Source of the DNA: Felis catus
Taxonomy: Eukaryota
Assembly: GCF_018350175.1 (NCBI RefSeq)
Contig: NC_058383.1
Span: forward strand, 10,232,001 to 10,296,000
Direction of reading: 5' to 3'
Length of the DNA: 64,000 bases
The notes beneath the pieces are model-generated. The model was not told the origin of the DNA, did not search any database, and saw nothing but the letters and a program-made list of their open reading frames with translations. The stretch's first letter is position 1; each line of letters starts with the position of its first letter. Below are positions 23,270 through 39,500 of the stretch, in pieces. The position numbers and the translations under genes are program-made.

Positions 23270-25790
<2,521 letters not shown>

Positions 25791-28700
25791 TCAGGAGCCT
25801 GGACGGCTCAGTCGGAAGAGCCTGCAACTCTTGATCTCGGGGAGTCGTGAGTTCGAGCCCCGCGTTGCATGTAGGAATTACTTAAAATGAATAAAGAAAA
25901 TGAAGAAAATCTGGGGCGCCTGGGTGGCTCAGTCGATTAAGCCATGATAAGTTGAATCATGCTAAAAGGAGACCGTATTACTCTGCTCCAAAGTGTCTTC
26001 AGCTAGAAATGGTCAATGAGGTGAGAAATGGTTGAGAAGACAATGCATTTTGTTTTTTTTTAGGTGTCCTTTGCTGGGAGTATAGTTCTGAAACATTTGT
26101 TCGTGTTGTTTTGATTAGGCTTATGTTCTTACCAGATGACAATAGATGCCGTGGGATTGTTTAAAAGGGGGGAAGTGATTTGGGTACAGAGTGACAAATG
26201 CCATGGTGTCCTCCTGGATGGACAGGACTCTGTGGGAACAGGCTGGCTGTCAGGGAAGCTTCCTTCAGCTAAGATGTGAAATGACCTGTAAACTTGCCAA
26301 CAGGGGTGAGGTGAGAGTGGGGAAGCTGGACAGAACAGAGAACAACTTGTGGTGAGAGGCTTGGGGCCTGGAGAGGGCAGGGTTTATGAAGAAATGAAGG
26401 AAATCCAGAGGGGATGGGCCTTGGTGGTTGGGGTGGGGAGGACGTGAGCCAATATGGAGGCAATCATGGCGCATGGGTCTGGGTGGGATCCTGAGAGCCA
26501 TAGGGAGTAGGGGACTGGAAGGATTTTAAGTAAGCGAGTGATATGGTCAGATTGAACTGTCACCTGGCTATTCTGAGGGGAGTGGCTTGGACAGGGGCAT
26601 AGCCGGGTTGGGGAGGGAGCCTGGAGGCAGGTGACCCTCTTGGGGCTGTTACTGAAAGATGGTGGTGGCCTGGTTGGAGTCATGGCAGCAAGTGGGGAAG
26701 AAGACAGGTGGACACATCTAGAAATAGTGACGAGGTTGACAGACGAGGGGCTGGTCATTGGCAGGAGGGCCATCAGCTGGTGAGCCTTGGTGGCCTCATT
26801 TTGTAATGCCTACCCTGCGGGGTTCTTTGGGGGTCAAGTAGATCAGGGACGGTATCACCTCTTTTACAGATGAGTGAGAGTTGGCGAGCGACATGCCCAA
26901 GGTCTGTCAGCGAGCACAAGAGCCCGCACTCTTGCTCCCTTAACCTGCTTTGCAGAACATACTTGTCTTGGCACAGATGACCTTGAATGGAGCCCTGGTA
27001 GGGGAGGGAGAAGGAAGGTACTGTCTGTTCTTCCAGGCCTGCCGCAGACCTTGAGGGAGCCACAATAAATGCTGTGTTTGTTTGATAAAGCACTTGGCTT
27101 TTGGTCCGGGCAGGAGGAAGAGCTGGAACAGGTGTGGCAAGCCCTGGGCAGCCTGAGGCACAACGGTGGGAGGTGGAATGGGACAGAGCCTGGCAGGGGG
27201 TGTCCGGGGCTGTGGATTTTGAAGAAACCGAGGACTTTCTCACGGCCCAGCTGTTGCCCTCATGTTCCCAGGCTCCTGCCTGGCTGAATAACCCAAAACA
27301 TTGGTACCAGTTCACGTTGATTGAGGTCCTTTTGCGTGCCAAGCGTTGTGCTGGGCGGAAAAGCACGCAGTCATGCCTTCCTTCCACAAATGGGCGCTGG
27401 CCTGCGCTGGGTGCTGCAGAGGGACAGAAGCTGGGGACAGTGCCCCTGAGCTTGGGGGATGACCTTGTGGTGGGAAGTCTGATGAGAAAAACCAACATGG
27501 GGCGACTTGGTGGCTCAGTGGGTTAAGTGTCTGACTTCAGCTCAGGTCACGATCTCAGAGTTCTTGGGTTCGAGCCCCGCATCGGACTCTGTGCTGACAG
27601 CTCAGAGCCTGGAGCCTGCTTTCGATTCTGTGTCTTCCTGTCTCTCTCTGCCACCCCTCTGCTCACACTCTGTCTCTCAAAAATGAATATATGTTTAAAA
27701 AAAAAAAAAAAGGCGGGGCACCCAGGTGGCTTAGCCGGTTGTCGCAGGTCATGATCTCCCAGTTCATGAGTTCGAGACCTGCGTCGGGCTCTGTGCTGAC
27801 AGCTCAGAGCCTGGAGCCTGCTTCAGATTCTGTGTCTCCCTCCCTCTCTGCCCCATCCCCACTCATGTTCTGTCTCTCTCTGTCTTAAAAATAAATAAAA
27901 CATTAAAAAAAATTTATATATATAAAAAAAAGCGTACGACTTTGGCTCAGGTCATGAACTCGTGGTTCGTAAGTTCAAGCCCCACATTGAACTCTCTGCT
28001 GTCAGCACAGAGCCTGCTTGGGATCCTCTGTCTCCCTGTCTCTGCCCCTCCCCCACTTGTGCTCGCTCTCTCAAACATAAATAAAGATTTTAAAAAAGAG
28101 AGAGAGAGAAAGAAACAAAACAACATAGTGCTGTGATGGGGTGAGAATAGGCTGAACCGGAACCCAGAAGATGACTCAGCTAATCCTCGACATCGCCTGG
28201 TGCCATTATCATACCCATTTTGCGGATGAGGAAGCTGAGGCTCAGAGGAGTGAACTTCCCGGCTTACCCTGTCGGTTTGGTTCTAATTTTCTTCTGCAAG
28301 GGGTGATAAGGATAAAAACGGGTAAAGGGGTACCTGGGTGCCTCAGTTAAGCGTCCAACTTCGCTCAGGTCATGATCTCGCGGTTCACGAGTTCGAGCCC
28401 CGTGTTGGTCTCTGTGCTGACAGCTCAGAAGCCTGGAGCCTGCTTTAGATTCTGTGTTCCCTCTTTCTCTGCCCCTCCCCTGCTTGCACTCTCTCTCTCA
28501 AAAATAAATAAAAATGCTAAAAAAAAGGATAAAAACAGGGATGGAAAATACAAGTTAGAGGGACCCTCATGGACCACCTGGTTCAACCCCCTGGTTGAAA
28601 TGGTGGAGAAACTGAGACCCAGAAGGGGAAGGGAAGTGCTCAGAGGCACACGGAGGAAAGATCTAGAAACTACTCTCTCTCAGTCCAGGGTGTTCTTCAC

Positions 28701-30129
28701 ATCAAATGCCTGTCTCTCCTCCAGCCTGCTGAAGTTTTCCCGGATCTTTCCCGTGAGACTCCCCTCAGCCTGTGGTCTGCATGCCCCTGTATAGACCCTA
28801 AACTCTAAAAGCATAAGATCAGGTAGAGTTAGGACAGGCCCTGGAGCTTGGCAAGTGTGTGTGTGTGCGTGGGTCAGGGAGGAGCGTTGGATGGGATAGG
28901 AGACCTCACTGCCCCCAGGGGGCCCCGGGGAGCCCAGGCTTGGGAAGAGACCAGGGAGCCAGGGGAGGAGCTGAGGGCCTCCCACCCAAGGGGCTGTCTC
29001 CCTTCTCTGTCACATCCTTCTGGCTCAGGGGCACTGGGGGTGGGCTGCAGGGCAGACTGGCTCCAGCCCTGGGCTGCAGCTCTGCCCTAGGGTGGCCCGG
29101 GAGGCGCTGTGCTCAGGCTGCCTTCTGGAAGCTGGTGGTAAATGAATAACCTTGTTCCTACCTGCAGGGCCCTCTGGGACAAAGGAGCCACTCAGGTGCC
29201 CCTCGGTTCTGACTTGGCCCAACCTGGCATCCATGGCCAGAGACTGTGGAGGTTCAAGGGCAAATGCAACCCCCTTGGCCCGTCTGCCCCCTTACTCCCT
29301 CAATTCCATCCCAGCCAGGCCCAGAGAAATTTCTCCTCTTAGTTCTCTCCCTCTCACCTCCTGTTGCTAAGCTTCCTCCCTCCTGACCCTTCCCCGTTGA
29401 GCCCCTCCCCTTCACTGAGCTCCCTCCTTCTCTTTGGGCCCCCTCCCCTCACGGAGGCCCCCCCTACTCTGCCCTCCCCCTTTCCTGAGCTCACTTCCGG
29501 TCCAGCTCTCCCTCCAGCCTCTCCCCTTCATTCCTCCCTCACCTTTACTCCCCCTCAGGCTAGAAGAGTGGTTTCCCCAAAGCACCCCCAACCCCAACCC
29601 CTCGAACTTTCCTGGAATCTTATAGAGAATGACCTAAAGCCAGGGTGTCCCTACTATTCATCGTAACCTCCTTCCTCTTCCTTGGGTCATAAAGGGTGGC
29701 TACATGTCGGTATTCCCTAACTGGATAATTTGGGGGGAGCTGGAGGGGGGAGTAGCCTGCTAAAAAACCCGGTGGCCACTAGGACCTTCTGCTGAAGCTT
29801 TGCTGCAGGTGAAGTTTGAGATACAATAACTGGGAAATCATTCTCTTCCATCCCATATCCTGTCCCTTGATCCTTGCTCCCTGTCAACTTGCTAACTTGG
29901 CCTAGACTCCTTTTATAAGCAAAGGTCTTGGGCCCATTGTCCAGATGTTTTGATCTTACTTCTCAACTCCCACTGGCTTTTCCGCCTGCTGGGTCTGCCC
30001 GCCCGCCTCCTGCCGAGGCCACCAGGAACCACCTTGCTGCCTTGAACCCCACGGCTACTCCTCGGGCCTCATCTTGCCTGACCACTTTTGCAACCTCAGT
30101 CACCCTGGTTTCAGGTGCCATCTGTATGC

Positions 30130-30720
30130 TAACAATAGCCGGCGTTGGCCACTCCCGAGTCTCAGTTCTTTATATGTGCCCTGCCGCTTCCTGGACGTCT
30201 CTGCCTGGAGGCCCAACAGGCTTGCCAAACTCTGTGCCTTCAAACCTGAAAACCATCATCTTTCCCCACAAACCTAGTTTCCCATTTTGGTAAATGGCAT
30301 CCGCCATCCCAGCAATGACCTAGGGCAGAAGATTGGGGTTATCCTAATGTTTCCATCTCCCTCACCCTACCTATCGAGATGCTTCTCAAGCCCTCATCTT
30401 GCTTGCTTCCAGCCCCTGTCAGGCCCTGCTCCTGACCCCACTGTCCCTGCCTTCTTTCTGGCCACACCATCTCCAAGAGGATGGCCGTGGAGCCTCTTCG
30501 ATGGTGTCCCCACCTTCTTCTCCCTCCTGGAATCCCACTTCCCCAGGGGCTCCTGGAGATGGTATTTTGGAGCATAAATCTGGCCAGTCATCTGACTTCC
30601 ATGACTCCCAAAACACCAGAGTTAAGGTCCAGAGTCTGTAATTCTGCATCTGAGACTCCATGGCTTGGCCTCCTCCTGGCCCCTGGCTGGGCCTCACCAC
30701 ATTCCCCTCACACTTTGCTA
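30130..30720 (+). mobile_element. L2 fragment
   Basis: CTGGACGTCTCTGCCTGGA..., CCCATTTTGGTAAATGGCATCCGCCATCC: L2-like. Confidence 0.55.
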
Positions 30721-31473
30721 TGCGGCCAGCCCTGGGGGATCTCTCTTTCCTGGTCCCAGGCACCGGCGCCCTTTCCTATTACCTGAACCTCCTGCGCCTT
30801 CTCCCGGACACAAGGCCTTCCAAGCCTGTTTAAACTCAAGCCCTACAGCCTCGCCAGAGGGTCATGCATCCTGACCCTTGGGGGTCCCTAGGAAGAAAAT
30901 GAGGCCCCTTCCTCCTCGCCCCTCCAGGTGAGAAACTGCCGCCCAGCTTTACTTTTGACGCTCTTTTACCAAAACAATAGGGCTTTTTGTTCCCCCCTTC
31001 CAAATATGAAATCATAGCACTGAATGTACTCTTTCACACGGAGAGGGAAGATTAGCTGTGCAGCCGCACAGGGGATTCTCCAAGCACAAACGATTCTCCA
31101 AGCACAAACCCAGAAGGCAAAGACTAGGGAGGAGGGCCCGGAGCCACACTTCTCCCCGCTCCCGGCCCCCCCCCCCCCATGCCTCCGTCCATGCAGCAGG
31201 CTGGAAGTGCTCATGCCTCTCTAGGTTGGCCCTTCAATGTCTGAATTCCCAGTGAGTAGGCCAAATGGCCACCTAGGGCGAACCCAGTTCGGTTTCGAAC
31301 CACACTTTCTTGGTTACCCAAGCTCTGCCTTCTCTAAGCTTCATAGCGGGAGAGCAGAACCCAGCCAAGGCCAACCCTTGAGGGGCGGGTGTTCGGTAGG
31401 GAGGTAGGGAGGTGGAGGCCTGTCGGCGCTCGCTCAGGAAAGTAGGCGCCCGTAACTGCAAAAACGAAAGGCT

Positions 31474-31479
31474 TTTATT
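31474..31479 (-). terminator. CLDN3 polyadenylation signal AATAAA
   Basis: TTTATT on + strand, about 340 nt downstream of the CLDN3 stop. Confidence 0.8.
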
Positions 31480-31819
31480 GAAAAATATCAACTGGCCCTT
31501 TCCAAGACTGCCGGTCCCTGCCCAACGCGGGCTTTGGGGCCGAGGCCCGACGGGACGGGCAAGTAGCGGCGGCCACCCGGCCCCGCTCTCCGGAGGGGCT
31601 GAGGTTTCACTGTCCGTGTGGGCTGGTCCCCCGCGCGCCGTGGGGCCGGGGAGCGGGGTGTGCTGCCCAGGAAGGGGCCGCGGGGTTGGTCCCTCCCGGT
31701 CCAGTGTGAGAGCTCCTGGCACCTGGGGGGAGGGGGGGCTGGTCTCCGAGGAGAGGCCGCACGCGGCACCGGTGGGCGCTCGCGCCCCTGGGGTGGTGGG
31801 GTCTCCCCGCGGCCGCCCC

Positions 31820-32476
31820 TCAGACGTAGTCCTTGCGGTCGTAGGCTGTGCTAGTGCCCGGGCCGGCGGAGCGGGGCGCGGAGTAGACGATCTTGGTGGG
31901 CGCGTACTTCTTCTCGCGCGGCGGGCAGGAGCAGCAGAGCAGCGCGCCCCCCAGCAGCTGCAGCGCCGCGGCCGCCCAGCCCACGTACAGGCCCGCGCCC
32001 ATCTCACGCTTCTGCGCCTCCGGCACCAGGGGGTTGTAGAAGTCCCGGATGATGGTGTTGGCCGACCAGGACACCGGCACCAGCGTGAGCAAGGCGGCCA
32101 GCAGGAAGAGCACTCCCGCCACGATGGTGATCTTGGCCTTGGCCGTGTCGTCCTGCACGCAGTTGGTGCACTGGGCGCCCACCAGCGCCACGAGGAGCCC
32201 GAAGGCGGCCAGCAGGATGGCGACGACGATGAGGGCGCGGGCCGCCTGCAGGTCCTGCGGCAGCGCCAGCAGCGAGTCGTATACCTTGCACTGCATCTGG
32301 CCGGTGCTCTGCACCACGCAGTTCATCCACAGGCCCTCCCAGGTGATCTGCGCCGTGATGATGCTGCTGCCGATGAAGGCCGTCACGCGCCACATGGGCA
32401 GCGCGCAGCACACGATGGTGCTCAGCCAGCCCATCACGGCCAGCGAGGTGCCCGTAATCTCCAGGCCCATGGACAT
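31820..32476 (-). CDS. CLDN3: Claudin-3, single-exon, 218 aa
   Basis: [12 protein letters not shown]...; claudin signature [18 protein letters not shown]; four hydrophobic segments; ECL2 NPLVPEAQ; C-terminal PDZ motif DYV; GCCATG start context; expected position next to ABHD11. Confidence 0.98.
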   Translation of the reverse strand: MSMGLEITGTSLAVMGWLSTIVCCALPMWRVTAFIGSSIITAQITWEGLWMNCVVQSTGQMQCKVYDSLLALPQDLQAARALIVVAILLAAFGLLVALVGAQCTNCVQDDTAKAKITIVAGVLFLLAALLTLVPVSWSANTIIRDFYNPLVPEAQKREMGAGLYVGWAAAALQLLGGALLCCSCPPREKKYAPTKIVYSAPRSAGPGTSTAYDRKDYV

Positions 32477-33539
32477 GGCTGCCGCGCCAAGGCCGGCTCT
32501 GCCGGGCGGCTCAGGGTGCGGGAAGACGACCGGCCGTGGCCGCCGGGCCTGGGTGGGAGCTGCCGCGCGCAGACGGAGGGATGCCTCGACGGACGCGCGG
32601 ACGGCTTGGACGCACGGACGGACGGCGCGCGCTAACGGCTCCGCTCAGCCCGCTCGCCCCTAAACAGCGCCTGCACCTGCCTGTGGCTTTGTGGGCGGGC
32701 GGCGGCGACTGGGCTGGCCCTGGGCTGGGGCCGGTGAGTCTTAGATCCGTGCCCAGCGCTCCGGCGGGGGTGGGAGGGGCGGAGCCGCGGGTCCCCGGGC
32801 CTGGAGACTGTGACGTGGCCCCTCTTCCCACCTTCACCAAGCGCCCTGGGAGGAAGGACTCGGCGGGGAGTGGCGCACCGCGCGGGGTGGGGGGTGCCAA
32901 GAGAGGGCGGACCCGGGGCCTGCGACCCCGCCCCTCGCTCTTCATCGCCCAGTTCCCAAGCTAATTCTCCGGGGCTCGCAGGGGTTGCGGTGCAAATCAC
33001 AATCTGCTCGACACTCCCCGACCTCCCCACATTTTCGGTGCGGTGCCGTTCGCACAGGCGTCGTCGGGAAGGGGGTCTCGGCCAGCTGGCCGGGATCCAT
33101 GGGGCCTGGAAGGGCCCAGTGGGCGTGGCCGGGGCTGTTTTCCGGAGTGGGCGGCTGCTCCGGGAGCCGCACACCTGCTCCTAGGTCCCTCTGGCCTCTG
33201 AGGCTCTGCTGGCACACAATCCGGGCTTGATCCAGGCCCTGGAGGTCTGCGCTCAGAAGCCAGAAATCCGCCACTCCCCACCAAAGACACCGAGAAGATG
33301 CCCCAAACCAGCGCCGAACTCAAATTCACTTCCCAGCCCCACTGCTCCTCCCTTAGCTCCTGGATCCTGGTAGCAGAGCTGCTCTCCCCTCCCAGAAGTC
33401 CCTCCGCCTCATTGATTCCCCTCCTCCTGCGCAGCCTCGTGCTTCCTCCCTCTGGGCCCACTTTCATGAAATCGTAGTGAAAGGTTTGATCCTGGCAGAA
33501 GTGGGGAGTCAGAGGTGTTACTTACAATGCCTTCCCTCC

Positions 33540-36500
33540 TATTAACCTTAAAAGTAAAGCCGCCAGTTATCCTACCAGCAAAACATGGGTTTATTGGGGA
33601 AGAGCAGAGAATTGCAATCCAGGACAAGCAAGCTGCAGCAAAACCATAAGCAAGTCCAACAAAGGGGAGGATCATTGTTTTATGGAGAAGGAGGAGGAAG
33701 TTGGGAGGGATTGCAAGAGTTCAGGATAATGCTGGTTTTCTCACTGGTTGAGTTGCAGGGGTGGTGAATTTCTTACAGAAGATGCTGTGTACAATTTTCG
33801 CTGTTGGGGTCTGTAATTGATTATTCTGTCCTGTTGAGATTCTTCTGCTGGAGGCTGTAATTGACCATTCTTCCTGTAATTGACATGGAGTGCCAGCCTC
33901 CCGTTCTAGCTCCCCAGTTCTGCTTCACTAATTTTCACATTTCCTTCTTTTGATCAAGATCTTTCCTTGAAAGCATCGCTGATCAAGAATTAGGTATTTT
34001 GCGCATAGTGGTTTTGTCCCTGAGTCCCTGGAAGGACCTTTTCTGGTTGTCACGCCCCACTTTGGAAGGAAAGTGCATAGCAGTTGGAAACCACTTAAGG
34101 CCAGGTTGGCACAGCAAGGAGGGTTAGGAGGGAGAGCTCTCAGGCATTTCCCATCTCAAGTCTGTATCTTCTCAAGGTTATCAGCGTTGGAGGTCATCTT
34201 GAAGTATGGAGCCAGTATAATCTTATTGGGTACATTTATTTAAAATGAAAGATTGATAGGCAACAAGTACAGAATCAAAAGTAACGTGACAATTCCAACC
34301 TGTATGTTGGTTCTAAATCAGGACCTTAGGTCTGAAGGTAGCCAGCTGAAAATGTTTATTGGCACTTATTCCAACTTAGGGAAGAAAAGTTTCTGGCTAT
34401 GAAGGCAGACCTGGACTCACCTATGCCTCCTGGAAGTCCCTGCCTAAAGCAACCATGAAAGCAGAATGGTAAACACTGCCAGAGCACACGAGAAGAAGGA
34501 ATCAAGTGCATTGGGAAGATCCGATGCAAACCAGCAACACTTCAAAGACTTAAAAAAACATATATTGTTATCTTGGGCGCCTGGCTGGCTTGGTCAGTGG
34601 AGCATGAGACTCTTGATCTCAGGGTTGTTAGTTCAAGCCCCATGCTGGGTGTAGAAATTACTTAAAAATAAAATCTTTTTAAAAAGAGAGGAAGGGGCAC
34701 CTGGGCGGCTCAGTCGGTTAAGTATCCGACTCTTGGTTGCAGCTCAGGTCATGAGCTCACGGTTCATCAGTTTGAGCCCCCATTGGGCTCCACCCTGATG
34801 GTGCAGAGCCTGCTTGGGATTCTGTCTCTCTTCCTCTCTCTCTTCCCCTTCCTCTCTCAAAAATAAATAAAAACTTAAAAAAAAAAGAGAGAAATAAATA
34901 AATAGTTATCTCAAATGGACTGGTTTGAAAACAAATGTTATCAAATAATAGTCTGTAAAGTTGTAAGTTCAGAGACCATGGATGTGTATAAGAATCCAAT
35001 GTCAGTTAATAGTTGGTTTTTATTTTTACTTATTTATTTATTTTTAAAAGTTTATTTTTTCCTCTTAAAATTTTTTCTTCTTCTGATGAGAACTTTTTTT
35101 TTTTTAATGTTTTATTGATTTTTGAGAGAGAAGCAGAGTGTGAGCAGGGGAGGGGCAGAGGGAGAGGGAAACAGAATCAGAAGCAGGCTCCAGGCTCTGA
35201 GCTGTCAGCACAGACCCCGATGCAGGGCTTGATCTCACGAACCACAAGATCGTGACCTGAGCGGAAATCAAGAGTCGGACGCTTAACCAACTGAGCCACC
35301 CAGGTGCCCCAGCATGATCATTTTTAATAGAAGCCATTAGGCCTTTACACTATTGAAATATATCTCCTTTTATCAGCTGTGGGTCAAAGGAAGCAGAGGC
35401 CAAGTGTTTTGGATGTCCTGCAACTACCTCATAGGGGGAGAGTAGAGTTGCTAAGGGGGTGGATCTGAGTTTCAGAGGACCAACAGCAATGCTTTAGGTC
35501 AAGGTGTTTGGAGGGTTTCTACAAATTTTTCCCTTTGAGTCTTAATAGTCCATTAGTACTTGTTGAAGCACCCAACCGGCAAAATGGATTCCCTGATCAC
35601 TGTGAAGTTTGAGAGGGGCTCCCCAGGTCGTGATAATCTTTTTCTTTTTTAAAGATTTTAGTGTTAAGTAACCTCTTTTCCCCAATGTGGGGCTCAAACT
35701 TACAGCCCCAAGATCAAGACTCACACGCTCTACTGACTGAGCCAGCCAGGCGCCCTGTGATAATCTTTTCTAACAGAGGAAGCATTGGCCTGTCTACACA
35801 ACAAAACTTTGGTCCAGTGAGAAAGCATATGAGCCATAACTAAAACACATTTGTCCATGAGATGGGGAAGCTGTATGAAATCCATTTATATGAACAGGTT
35901 TCCCTGGATTATACTTTGGACGCGTGGGGCAAGTGAGAGAGGCACTTTCTGTGGCCCTTATGAACTTTTCACCACAAATGTTCATTGACGAATGCTGTCA
36001 TTTTGTCAGTAGACCAGTGGGTTTTTTTTGTTTAAAAAAAAAATTTTTTTTTAACGTTTATTTATTTTTGAGACAGAGAGAGACAGAGCATGAACAGGGG
36101 AGGGGCAGAGAGAGAGGGAGACACAGAATCTGAAACAGGCTCCAGGCTCTGAGCTATCAGCACAGAGCCCGACGCGGAGCTCGAACTCCCGGATCGTGAG
36201 ATCATGACCTGAGCCAAAGTCGGACGCTTAACCGACCAAGCCACCCAGGCGCCCCAGACCAGTGGTTTAATGTGTGTACGGTTGTAAGTACTGGGAATTT
36301 TCGAATTTCTAGTAGAGCAGATTATTATTTGGTCCCGACCAGAGTTCTCTCTCTTCTTGTGGAACCTACAGTGATACATTTCCAAAGCTGTTTTTCCCCT
36401 CTCTGGGGCCAATTGTTAGGTATCTTTTGTTGATGTCTCCAAAATTATCATTTGAGAGACCATCTCTTTAGACTATAACAGAGGTTTGGCTATTGGACTC

Positions 36501-39500
36501 CTTGAGAGCAGCATTTCCATTTTGATGATGGAAACATCATCAGGGTGGATTACTTTGGTCCTCAAGAAGTCGAGCCTGGAGTGCCCAGGAACATTAAGAG
36601 TCAGAGCAGCTGGCCAAAGTGTGGCATTTAATCAATTTTGGACATAGGAGCCATCTTTAATATTATTCCCATTGAAGATAAGAACATCTCATTGTTTCCA
36701 CAATATTCCAAAGTCATGAGCTACCTCAAAGGCATATCAAGTATCAGTATAAATGTTTGAGGTTTTACCCACGGGTAAAGTACAAGCCTGAGTAAGGGCA
36801 TATAACTCAGCCTATAACTCACTGACATTGGGCTGAAGTAGCCAGAGGTAAAGGTACTGCCTTAATGACTTCAAGGGAGTGGGAAAAGCATACCCAGGAC
36901 AGTATTTACCATTTTCATTCTATAAATAAGAACCATCACTATGGGCACTTGTGTGCCTCAGTCGGTTAAGTGTCTGATTTCAGCTCAGGTCATGATCTCA
37001 CAGTTTGTGAGCTCAAGCCCCCCGCGTCAGGCTCCGGGCTGACAGCTCGGAGCCTGGAGCCGGCTTCAGATTCTGTGTCTCCCTCTCTCTCTCTGCCCCT
37101 CCCCCGCTGGCCCTCTGTCTCTCTTTCTCAAAAATAAAATAAAACATTAAAAAAATAAATAAGAACTATAAATAAACCATGAAAAATCTGTATCTGTTCG
37201 AGGAGTCTTGTAAATTGTCAGTGGGTGTCAAAAGGTTATCTGTTAGCAGTAAGCAGTCATGAGGGGTTTCATCTGCGTCCATTTGTAAGCCCGTATTCCA
37301 AGATCAGATGCCCTAAGTATCTAACCTAAACGCGACCAGACTGTAGTTTTTCTTTGAAGACTTTATGTCCCTTTAAGAACAAAAGTCTTAACAGATGGAT
37401 GCTGTCTTTCTGTGAAGAGGTTTGAGGAAGGGGGCAGAGAAGCAAACCATCTACGCATTTTGGCCAAATAGAGCCCGCAGAAAACGTTCTGTTTTTCACA
37501 TCAGCTTTTAAGGTAGGAAGTACTCTCTGTGAAATCCTGGGGCGTTACTGTCCAGCTGTTATTTCCATTCTTCCAAGTGAAGGCAAAAACTTACTGGCTG
37601 TCCTTATCAACTGGAATACTAGAGATGTACCGCATAGATCAATTACCGTGAAAAATACGCTCTCAGTGGGAATGGATGTTGGAAATAACACACTGGAGTT
37701 AGGAATACCAGGTGCTGAGGGACAACTGTCATTTATTGCTCAGAGGTCCTGGACAAATCTTCATCCTTGGCCCTTGGGTTTTCTCATGGGTATAATTGGG
37801 GACTTACAGGGACTTGTGCAGGGATTCATGAAGCCTTGAGCCTTGTAATCGTCTGTTATAGGCTTGCTGCCTCGAAGCTCCTCTTTAGTTCTACAGCATT
37901 GATTAATTATGGGAAGAGGTTTTCAGGGATCTATTTGAATTTTGGTGGGAGGTGCATTGTGGATTCTGCTAATATCAGTTGAGGATCTTGCCCATAAAGA
38001 AGAGAATACCTGATCTGATAGGAATAAATGATCTGTGTCCCCAAGTCTCAACTATGGTGCCATCAGAGACAACGCACAGAAAATATGCCAAAGGGCCATT
38101 TATTTTTCCTGTTTGGCTCTTCTGTCAAATTCTGGAGTTATTTCTCCCTTTTAGGAGAAACAAATTCTGGCACGGTACTACTTTTCTAAGAAATCGTGGC
38201 CCAGCAAATGAATAGGGGCAGAGGAAGTAAGGAGAAAAGGGTGCCTGTCTCTCAAAGGTCATGGACAAGAGGGAGTAGGTTCAGAGACAGGAACCTGTTG
38301 AGGTTGATTAGAAATTTCTATTATTTGAACCCCTACTATTCTAGGACTTTGAGATAAGGGTTGCTTTACAGCCGAGAGGTTGAGCAGTGAGAATTAGCTT
38401 CGGTGTCAATGAAGACAGACACAGGTTCATCCCCGTCCCCTTGGAGTTTCTGGGAGCCCCGACCCTGGGAACTGCTGGGACATTAAAAAGACTGACCAGA
38501 GGGCTGAAGGCAGCTGGAGTGCTTAAGTTAAAAAAATTTTTTCTTAATGTTTATTTATTTTTGAGAGAGACAGAGACAGAATGCAAGTGGGTTAGGGTCA
38601 GAGAGAGAGAGGGAGACACAGAATCGGAAGCAGGCTCCAGGCTCCAAGCTGTCAGCACAGAGCCTGACGCAGGGCTCGAACTCATGAGCCGTGAAATCAT
38701 GACCTGAGCCGAAGTCCGACGCTCAACTGACTGAGCCACCCAGGCGCCCCTGGAGTGCTTAAGTTTGTAACAATCTTAAAAAAGATGACCTGGCTCTTTG
38801 CAATAATAGCAGAAACGAAAAGGTTATTAGTTTTGTTTATGGGCCTTCATTTGTCAGAGTTGAAAATTGAGAATTTTAGTGGTCTTTCTTTTAAAGATGT
38901 GAGCGAGTCAGTTTGCCACGCTAACTAAATTTATAGTGGTCACTTTTCCGTTCCATCCTGGTCCTTTTAACTGAAAGAATAAGATACTGGTTCAGGCCAT
39001 TAATAAACAAACATAAAGTTAAATGCTACCCAAGTGGACTTAACATCTAAAGGGAGACCAGAATATTCTTTCTTTCTTTTTTTTTTTTTTCTGTAGGACT
39101 AATACCTTTAAAAAAGTGTTGCTCGCCGGGGATTTCCATTGAGTGTTCTAGCATCTTGCCAAAAGTTAGGGGCTTGTCTCTCTAAATCCCCTTTCAGGAT
39201 GTTACTTTTCAGTTCATTTTATCCAGTGGCTAGGCTGGTCCTCAGCAACAAGCATGCAGACTGATAAAAATCTCAGAAACCAGGTTGGTAGGTTTGAATA
39301 ACTATGTTAGATTATTCAGCAAGTTGCCAGGGGATCCTCAGTCACTTTGGGACTTTATTTATGTCTGTCTGTCTGTCTGTATGTTAAAATTTTTTTTTAA
39401 TGTTTATTTTTGAGAGAGACAGAGCACGAGCCAGGGAGAGGCAGCCAGACAGGAGACACAGAATCTGAAGCAGGCTCCAGGCTCTGAGCTCTCAGCACAG

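Larger units (their letters stand above)
31380..33200 (-). promoter_or_regulatory. CpG island covering CLDN3 body and promoter
   Basis: Very high CpG density; GC boxes GGGGCGGAG 32776-32784 and CCCCGCCCC 32926-32934; CRE-like TGACGT at 32811; no clear TATA box. Confidence 0.85.

Noticed and set aside
31412..32635. 407-aa plus-strand ORF (and 32049-32663) opposite CLDN3
   Set aside because: Shadow frames caused by extreme GC3 codon bias and the CpG island; GTG start for the 407-aa frame, low-complexity products, no recognisable domain.
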